The position numbers were made by a program, and so were the translations under genes. A stretch of 64,000 nucleotides of DNA from an uncultured delta proteobacterium (GTDB taxonomy: Bacteria; Desulfobacterota; Desulfobacteria; Desulfobacterales; JAHEIW01), in contig CAVPNL010000001.1 of the NCBI GenBank assembly GCA_963706575.1, positions 384,001-448,000 on the forward strand. The letters run 5' to 3'. The notes under the pieces were generated by a model. The model had not been told where the DNA came from. It saw only the letters and a list, made by a program, of their open reading frames with translations, and did not search any database. Shown one piece after another: positions 57,344-64,000 of the stretch. Numbering within the stretch: the first letter of the stretch is position 1; each line of letters opens with the position of its first letter.

Positions 57344-58216
57344 TTGGACACGTTTTCACTCTATGTTCAATTTATCATTTCGGGCCTAACCATGGGAGCC
57401 ATCTATGCCATGGTGGGTATCGGCTTTTCCTTCATCTACCGGGTCACCACGGTATTGAATTTTGCTCAAGGTGAATTTCTTATGTTGGGTGGTATGGTGG
57501 CCATCACGATGACGTCTGTTATGGGGTCATCTCTTATATTCGCCCTGATCCTTGCTATTCTGGCGGTAACGCTAACCGGCATGCTGTTTCATCTGGGAGC
57601 CATTCGGGTGCTCGGAAAGGCCGAACCGGTTAGAATGATTCTGATCACTATCGCGGGGTCCATGTTTTTACAGGGTGTCGCTTATCTAATCTGGGGAACG
57701 GATGATTACAAACTGCCGGCACTCGTTAAAACCGGAACCATCAATATTTTCGGGGCGGCTGTCAACTCTCAGGTAATTCCGGTATTCATAGCTGCATTTT
57801 TAATCTCCTTTATTTTAAAAATCTTTTTCGACAAGACTATCTGGGGTAAAGCCAGCACCTCCTGTGCTGAAAGTCACGAAGCGTCCATGTTACTGGGCAT
57901 AAATGTTGATCGCATGGGAATGCTGAGTTTTGCCATGTCCGCCGGAATCGGGGCAATCGGTGGTATTTTGATTGCGCCGATTTCCTTGATGCAATACCAA
58001 AAAGGTGTCCCCCTGGCGATTAAAGGCATTGCCGGTGCGGTCATTGGGGGTCTCGGTAACATCTGGGGTGCATTGATAGGCGGCTTGATACTGGGGCTGG
58101 CTGAGGCGCTGAGCGCCGGTTTCATTGCATCTTACATGACCGACGTGGTTGTATTTGTGATTCTGATCCTGGTCCTGTTTATCAGACCGGAGGGCCTGTT
58201 AAAATCCAAATTATAA
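57344..58216 (+). CDS. livH: HAAT ABC transporter permease LivH-like
   Basis: GLTMGAIYAMVGIGF, LNFAQGEF, GGLGNIWGA, RPEGL. Confidence 0.88.
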   Translation: MDTFSLYVQFIISGLTMGAIYAMVGIGFSFIYRVTTVLNFAQGEFLMLGGMVAITMTSVMGSSLIFALILAILAVTLTGMLFHLGAIRVLGKAEPVRMILITIAGSMFLQGVAYLIWGTDDYKLPALVKTGTINIFGAAVNSQVIPVFIAAFLISFILKIFFDKTIWGKASTSCAESHEASMLLGINVDRMGMLSFAMSAGIGAIGGILIAPISLMQYQKGVPLAIKGIAGAVIGGLGNIWGALIGGLILGLAEALSAGFIASYMTDVVVFVILILVLFIRPEGLLKSKL

Positions 58217-58250
58217 ATACGAGGCTGTCCAATATCGGAAACCTCTTTGT

Positions 58251-58946
58251 CTAGTAAAATAATGTAACCAGCTGCTTGAACATAGAGTAAATCAATGGAA
58301 TAAATATTGCCGGCAGACAATTCCCGACTTTTATCTTTACCACTTCAAGCATATTGAAGCCCATGGCCACAATCAGTAATCCACCGACGGCCGACATCTG
58401 GGTGATGACTTCCGGTGTTAAAAATTGCTTCATAAATGAAGCGCTGACCGTGATTAATCCCTGATACAGAAATACGGATGCGGCCGAAAATAGAACACCA
58501 ATTCCCATCGATGCCGCAAATATGATGGAACCGAGCCCATCCAGTACCGATTTGGCGAACAGGGTGTCATGATTGCCGGTCAGGCCGCTCTCCAAAGCCC
58601 CAACAATTGCCATTGACCCCACACAGTAAAGCAAACTGGTGGTGACAAAACCCTTTGATATGCTGCTACCGGTTTTTGCGAATTTTTCCTCCAGCCAGTT
58701 TCCCAAATTGTTGACTCGATCCTCGATTCTGATAAGTTCTCCAATGATCGTTCCGAAGGACAGGCTGCAAATAAGGATGATAAACGCATCCGTCTTCCAG
58801 GCCATCTTGAGGCCGATCAAGATGACGGCAAACGCCACGGCATGAATCAAAGAATCCGTCATCTTTGTTGGAATAAATCGACTGAAAATGAGGCCGATAA
58901 GACTGCCGCCAATTATGGCCATCGTATTGACAAACGTTCCTAACAT
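58251..58946 (-). CDS. DUF554 (YdfK/YqgA) membrane protein
   Basis: GTFVN, GFVTTSLLYCVGSMAIVG, KSVLDG, YQG, VGNCLPA. Confidence 0.85.
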   Translation of the reverse strand: MLGTFVNTMAIIGGSLIGLIFSRFIPTKMTDSLIHAVAFAVILIGLKMAWKTDAFIILICSLSFGTIIGELIRIEDRVNNLGNWLEEKFAKTGSSISKGFVTTSLLYCVGSMAIVGALESGLTGNHDTLFAKSVLDGLGSIIFAASMGIGVLFSAASVFLYQGLITVSASFMKQFLTPEVITQMSAVGGLLIVAMGFNMLEVVKIKVGNCLPAIFIPLIYSMFKQLVTLFY

Positions 58947-58980
58947 CTTAATCTCCGGTCCTGTTGAATACCCAGTGAAT

Positions 58981-60333
58981 TTATCTATTTTTCTCCGATA
59001 TTGTGATAATTTGATTGGCAGCCTTTATTCCAGAGTTAAAGCTGGCTTCTAAGCTTGAGATGGGAAAGCTCTCGCCGGCAAAATAAATATTTTGCCACCC
59101 GATTTCAAGAAAACCGCGAACAGTCTCTCTTTTGGCCAGTTGCCCCGGTGGAAGTTGCAGTGCGCCATGTTCCCATCGATAGATCTTTTGAAAAATCACT
59201 TTATTTGAAAACTTTGGGAAAATCGCATCCAGTTCATTTAAAACCAGTTTGGCTATCTTCTGATCTGTTTCGTGTAACAACCTGCGACTGGCTCTTTCTT
59301 GAAGTATGCAAGTTGCAAGCGTTTTTCCGGGGGGTACGCGCCCGGGTCCTTTATGCTGATCGAAAACCACATTACCCAGGATATCAAATTCAGATCGTAA
59401 CAGATTATTGATCATGGCGACATCCTCAACTTTATAGTCTGTCGCCGTTGCCACCACTATGGATGGTGTGTAAATAACGCTGCGAAAATATTCATTCAGC
59501 TTTTGCGGCAAGCTCTCTATGAGTCGGGGCACAATGGGTAGGGGAATGGCCAGGACAATTACGTCAAAGGTAAGTAAGCGCGAATCAATTCCTCCGACCT
59601 CGATTTCATAGGGTCCGTTTTCACCAAGTTTGGTGATTTTGCGTACTGGTGAATTCAGCCGAATATCCAAATCTAATTTCATGCGATCCGCTAAAGTCCC
59701 CATTCCGTTATCAAAGGCAAATATTTTGAATTTTGACAGGTTTCTTAACAAGGCCAGAAGGGAAACCTTTGAATTGCTTTCAGGGGAGCCTAATAAAATT
59801 TCACCTAAGATGGGGTAGGCGATGCGCTCCAGAATCTGTTCGTCATAATGTTTGCATAAAAAATCTGTAACCGATTCATTTTCCAGTTCAAACGTTTTTT
59901 GAGTCGGCCGGTCCAAATTTGACGCTCTACCGAGTGAACGGGCATAAAGGAACAGTTTGACCATGTCTTTTTTGTTTTTTATGGAAAGCAGTTTGTAGGT
60001 TAGAAAATCTGAGGGGGAACCGATCTTTATGGGATATCGCTTGCCATTATAATATGTTGCAGCGGTACCTGAAGTCGGAACCAGGGATTTACGCAATCCG
60101 ACCTGGCTCAAAAATCCTTTTAGATTTCTGTAAAATTCAGGAATTGTATAGGCCGCCTTGTCGATAATAAAGCCATCTACGGCTTCTGAGCTCATTCGTC
60201 CACCGACAAAAGATCTACTTTCAAAAAGAACCGGTTTAAAACCAGCTTGTGCCAAATGGTAGCCTGCAGCAAGGCCGGAAATACCGCTGCCCACAATGGC
60301 GACCTGTGGTAATATTTTATCCCTTTGAATCAT
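58981..60333 (-). CDS. FAD-dependent oxidoreductase (protoporphyrinogen oxidase / amine oxidase superfamily)
   Basis: IVGSGISGLAAG, VGGRMSS, GMGTL, YRWEHG, YFAGE...EASFNSG. Confidence 0.8.
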   Translation of the reverse strand: MIQRDKILPQVAIVGSGISGLAAGYHLAQAGFKPVLFESRSFVGGRMSSEAVDGFIIDKAAYTIPEFYRNLKGFLSQVGLRKSLVPTSGTAATYYNGKRYPIKIGSPSDFLTYKLLSIKNKKDMVKLFLYARSLGRASNLDRPTQKTFELENESVTDFLCKHYDEQILERIAYPILGEILLGSPESNSKVSLLALLRNLSKFKIFAFDNGMGTLADRMKLDLDIRLNSPVRKITKLGENGPYEIEVGGIDSRLLTFDVIVLAIPLPIVPRLIESLPQKLNEYFRSVIYTPSIVVATATDYKVEDVAMINNLLRSEFDILGNVVFDQHKGPGRVPPGKTLATCILQERASRRLLHETDQKIAKLVLNELDAIFPKFSNKVIFQKIYRWEHGALQLPPGQLAKRETVRGFLEIGWQNIYFAGESFPISSLEASFNSGIKAANQIITISEKNR

Positions 60334-60471
60334 TAACCAATGCCGCTAATTACCATCGTTTGTACCACGTTGAGAGTTTTACAAAGCATATAATGATGGG
60401 GAAATATTGAAAGCGAATATACATACGGGACAAGAAAAGGATCCGTGTTCTCATCTGGTCCAAGGCGCGGG

Positions 60472-61572
60472 TCAGATTTCAGGAATAATATCAACAGAAA
60501 AACCTAATCCGTCCACTAAAATTGAGCGGTAGGTGTCAAAAACCCTATCTTTAATTTCCGCTTGGGTGTCGGGAGGAGTCTGGGCGATCATAATTCCACT
60601 TTTGAGGATACAGGCCTGAATGTTTTTGGATGGGTTGAAAGTGGTGCCGAATTGTCCTGTGGATTGAATCGGAAAATGATTTTTCTTCAAAAGCTTTTCC
60701 AGTTGATTCAGGTCAACCTTGATTCGTTGGTTGGGCGACAGGACAAAATTCCGGCGCCCGTCTCTGGCACATGTTTCTTCAAAAAAACGGTCTTTAATTT
60801 CTTCCGGCGGGCCATCCGGATGAGTGCCGCATACCTTGCAATTATCCACGGATTGCATTTCCAGGATGTTGAATTCAAATTCTCTGAGATCGATGTAGAG
60901 CAACTTGTTATAAAGCTTGGGTTGCTGTCCGATAATGAATCTCACCGCCTCTGAAACCTGAACCGAAGAAACCATGCCGATAACCGATGGATGTACACCG
61001 ACCACCCCGCAGACCGGCAGGTCCCCATCCTTGAGCCCGGGCATAAAGCATTCCAGACAAAACGTTTGCCCGGGGATTAAGGTCGAAGCGTTTCCAAACG
61101 CTTCTATCGCGGCGCCAAAGACGTAGGGGATTTTAAACTTGTTGCAGATGCGGTTCACCAGATAACGGGGCTCCGGCCGATCCAGGCCGTCAATTACAAT
61201 ATCCATCCCGCCAATGAGTTCCTCGGCGTTGATCGAATTCAAAGACTCAGGAATCGGATCCAGTTTCACGTCCGGGTTGAGCTTGCTCAGTTTTTGGTGG
61301 GCAATCTCCACTTTCGGCATACCGACGCAATCGGCATCATAAAGATGCTGGCGGTGAAGATCGGAGCGGGAAACAATATCCCGATCCACAATACGCAAAT
61401 ACCCGATGCCCATGCCGACAAGCTGGGTGGCAATCGGTGAACCCAGGCCTCCCACGCCAATCAGGCATGCTCTGGCGTTACGCAGTTTGAGCTGTCCGTC
61501 ATAACCGATGTCGGCCAGAACAATCTGTCTTGAATAGGTTTCCAGCTCTTTTTCGGTGAGTTCCTTTTGCAT
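60472..61572 (-). CDS. HesA/MoeB/ThiF family adenylyltransferase
   Basis: YSRQI, IGVGGLGS, VDRDIV..SDLHRQ, DGLD, CLEC and CKVC zinc motifs. Confidence 0.9.
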   Translation of the reverse strand: MQKELTEKELETYSRQIVLADIGYDGQLKLRNARACLIGVGGLGSPIATQLVGMGIGYLRIVDRDIVSRSDLHRQHLYDADCVGMPKVEIAHQKLSKLNPDVKLDPIPESLNSINAEELIGGMDIVIDGLDRPEPRYLVNRICNKFKIPYVFGAAIEAFGNASTLIPGQTFCLECFMPGLKDGDLPVCGVVGVHPSVIGMVSSVQVSEAVRFIIGQQPKLYNKLLYIDLREFEFNILEMQSVDNCKVCGTHPDGPPEEIKDRFFEETCARDGRRNFVLSPNQRIKVDLNQLEKLLKKNHFPIQSTGQFGTTFNPSKNIQACILKSGIMIAQTPPDTQAEIKDRVFDTYRSILVDGLGFSVDIIPEI

Positions 61573-61698
61573 TTACCCCCTTACCTTATTAGATAAATTG
61601 CCGGCGGTTTTAGACTGAATTTAAAATACCATCAATTTACAGAGAAGTTCAAATAATTTATCATAAAATAAGGGTGGTAATGGTGTTGCGATTCAATC

Positions 61699-62265
61699 TC
61701 ATTCTCTGAATGGTTTTTTTGCTTCTATTTGAACATCCACGTTTGTCCCATTAGAGGTTACATCAAATACCGGCGAAAGCTTACTTAATGCTTTTAGTCT
61801 TTTTAGATTTTCGGTATCCGTTTTAACTTTAAAATTAACACGGATGTTCTTATATCCCCTGCGAACATCCTTCGAGAGCCCCAGAAAACCACGCAGATCG
61901 ATATCACCCTCTAGTTCTGACTCCAATTCATCGATTTTGATACCGCGAATGGCTGCATGATATATTAGCGTGGAGGTCAGGCAACCCGCCAGCGCATTCA
62001 AAAGGTGTTCCACTGGATTTGCACCGATATCCTCGCCGGCGAGAACGGGGGGTTCGTCACAATCCAGCTCAAATGATTTGAGATGGGAGATCTCCTGATT
62101 GGTGCCGTAAAAACTGCTGACCGTTGAACGGTTGTGGCCGCCGCTGATCCAGTTATTGTGAAGCCGAAACTTGAATTTGGCAAGTTCTGGCTTTTCTTCT
62201 ATGGCTTTGACAGCATTTTCCACCGTGCTGACGTTAACGCCGTTTAAAATTTTATCATCAGACAT
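61699..62265 (-). CDS. OsmC family protein
   Basis: DEPPVLAGEDIGANPVEHLLNALAGC...LEGDIDLRGFLG...SPVFD. Confidence 0.88.
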   Translation of the reverse strand: MSDDKILNGVNVSTVENAVKAIEEKPELAKFKFRLHNNWISGGHNRSTVSSFYGTNQEISHLKSFELDCDEPPVLAGEDIGANPVEHLLNALAGCLTSTLIYHAAIRGIKIDELESELEGDIDLRGFLGLSKDVRRGYKNIRVNFKVKTDTENLKRLKALSKLSPVFDVTSNGTNVDVQIEAKKPFRE

Positions 62266-62754
62266 CTTTATGTCTCCTTTTTAAGTTGTTGCCCTGAAAT
62301 GCGTGTGGCGATTTTAATTGTAAGCAGGGCATATTGGAAAGAAAAGAAAAAAGCCTTTAGGATAGGTCTCTGTGTTCAGAACATGATTCGAGATTCGGAA
62401 GTAGGTCCTACTGATGATCAATAACAAAGAAAGGTCAGGAGTAGGTGAGTTTCAATATCACATCGGTTGATAGAATACAGGGCCTAATGCAGAAAGGGTA
62501 TGTATAAATTATTCAAAGTCAAGAAACAGGTTTCATATCTTCCTTGATTAACTCTTTGACTTTTTCCATCTCTTTATCGCGTCCAAGGCGATAATCGTTA
62601 ATTGAACGGGATACCCTAATATCAGGTATAACCTCTCGATCAGGATTATCCCCAGGTAGTGTATAGATAGCCAATTAATACAATTGAAAAAAAGGCGAGT
62701 CTTCTGGTGGGGATAATAATTTGTTAATTTTTTAATAGAGGTTAATTGAGAATT

Positions 62755-64000
62755 CTATTCAATTTTATTGAAATGTAAACCCCTGAATCCAATATAAACA
62801 ATAGATTGCTTCACTTCTCCATTTTTATCCTTAATAAAGTCTATCTTGAAATCCCCGATATTTTTCGAATCCCCGAAAAATTGAGTTTCACTTACTGGAA
62901 TGAGCTCAACTTTGTCGAAAAAAGAGGTCCGTGTATAAAGCTTATCTCCCTCTCTGAAAACGGGTGCTACAATACCATGCTTTTTTGCCTCGTATTTTCC
63001 TGTTAGCTCATCAAGGATTTCAGGAGGTAATTTAACCGCTTTTTTAAGCGATGCTGAAGGCACGATTGAGGGAATGATGTATTTTAGCAAGAATCCTTCA
63101 GGGCCTGAATGGCCCTTCGGATTAAACACTTTGCTGGTAAAAACAGCAACCAAATCCAACTGCGGTATGATAAATATTTTTTGTCCCCCATGTCCCGAGG
63201 CAAAAAGTACTTCAATTGTTTGGTTGCTCATGGTTGCTTTCCCGAGCCACCATTGATATCCGTATCCTATTCCAGGCGCATCAATATGTCTTTTTGTAGA
63301 TTCCGCGACCCATTCCTGGGATACGATCTGCCGATCTTTCCATTTGCCATTTTTCAGTATCATATAGCCAATTTTGGCCATATCTCGTGGTCTTAAATGG
63401 AGACCGCCATCTGTTTGAATATTGCCATCCGGAAATTTATCCCAGTGATAATCTGAAATTTCCAGTGGAGCGAAAAGATATTGCCCGGCAAATTTATCGA
63501 TGTACAGACCGGATGTGTTTTTTACAATCCCACCCAGAAGAATGGTTAGCCCGCTGTTGTAATAGAATTGTTCTCCCGGTGCCGCGATTACATTTCGGTC
63601 GAGGACAAATCCGATGGGGTCCCCGCTGTCATACATTTGGTAGGTTGTATGTCCCGGATCTCTGCGCGAGTATTTCATGGCCTCCCAATCCAGTCCGGCA
63701 GCCATGGTGAGTAGGTGTTGAAGGGTAATCGGATATTTTTGATCAATCCATTTCGTGCCCGCATATTCGGGAAAAAACGCGTAAGCCTTCGCCTGGACAT
63801 CAGCCGCTATTTTTTGGTCTATTGCAATGCCGATTAAAATCGATGTGATACTTTTGCTAACCGAGGCCAGAAAATGCAATCTTTCCCGATTGTACCCATA
63901 AAAGTATTCTTCAAGGACAAGTTCTCCGTTTTTAATCAGCAGAATGCTGTGAATGTTCCTGTCATTTCCGCCGAGAATATCGAGCATCATTTCAGCAATT
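62755..64000 (-). CDS. Serine hydrolase, beta-lactamase class C-like family (5' end probably beyond the window)
   Basis: SxxK (ASVSKS), HLLTMAAG, FYYNSG, LRPRDMAKIG, YGYQWW, GHGGQ; frame is open to the window edge. Confidence 0.85.
   Translation of the reverse strand, partial: IAEMMLDILGGNDRNIHSILLIKNGELVLEEYFYGYNRERLHFLASVSKSITSILIGIAIDQKIAADVQAKAYAFFPEYAGTKWIDQKYPITLQHLLTMAAGLDWEAMKYSRRDPGHTTYQMYDSGDPIGFVLDRNVIAAPGEQFYYNSGLTILLGGIVKNTSGLYIDKFAGQYLFAPLEISDYHWDKFPDGNIQTDGGLHLRPRDMAKIGYMILKNGKWKDRQIVSQEWVAESTKRHIDAPGIGYGYQWWLGKATMSNQTIEVLFASGHGGQKIFIIPQLDLVAVFTSKVFNPKGHSGPEGFLLKYIIPSIVPSASLKKAVKLPPEILDELTGKYEAKKHGIVAPVFREGDKLYTRTSFFDKVELIPVSETQFFGDSKNIGDFKIDFIKDKNGEVKQSIVYIGFRGLHFNKIE

Noticed and set aside
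1..64000. CRISPR array, tRNA/rRNA genes, transposases, prophage genes
   Set aside because: I saw no regularly spaced direct repeats, RNA gene signatures, or transposase, integrase or phage ORFs.

Overview
This is a 64 kb bacterial window of about 50% GC with AT-rich intergenic DNA; gene content suggests an anaerobe, probably Desulfobacterota-like (inference). It holds two large and apparently unusual systems. (1) At 1145-18561 (- strand) is a ~17.4 kb bacterial microcompartment (BMC) operon. Its signature enzymes are not diol dehydratase, ethanolamine ammonia-lyase or a glycyl-radical enzyme. They are an N-methylglutamate-type amine pathway: a glutamine-synthetase-like gamma-glutamylamide synthetase, MgsABC/GlxBCD-like N-methylglutamate synthase subunits, and a split sarcosine-oxidase/opine-dehydrogenase-like complex with no tetrahydrofolate-binding domain. 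One subunit of that complex carries a candidate encapsulation peptide. The operon also encodes an acylating aldehyde dehydrogenase, PduS, PduT, a GrpU-type Fe-S shell protein, EutJ, two permuted BMC-T, BMC-H, BMC-P and an RpiR regulator. (2) At 22382-58216 is a ~36 kb cluster with eight transcription units around four divergent promoter regions, which share a 16-bp near-palindrome (AATTnAATATTGAATT). It encodes TrpB2, SerC, IorAB, a GntR regulator, a B12 acyl-CoA mutase with an altered substrate pocket, an epimerase, a carboxyltransferase, a xanthine-dehydrogenase-family Mo enzyme, CoA ligases and transferases, a beta-oxidation module, amidohydrolases and an ABC importer. It resembles the anaerobic indole-3-acetate pathway, possibly fed from indole via tryptophan. 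Five single-base indels break otherwise intact genes and are probably sequencing errors. Several REP/MITE-like inverted-repeat elements lie between genes. I saw no rRNA, tRNA, CRISPR array or transposase. All calls come from reading motifs by eye; no database search was run.
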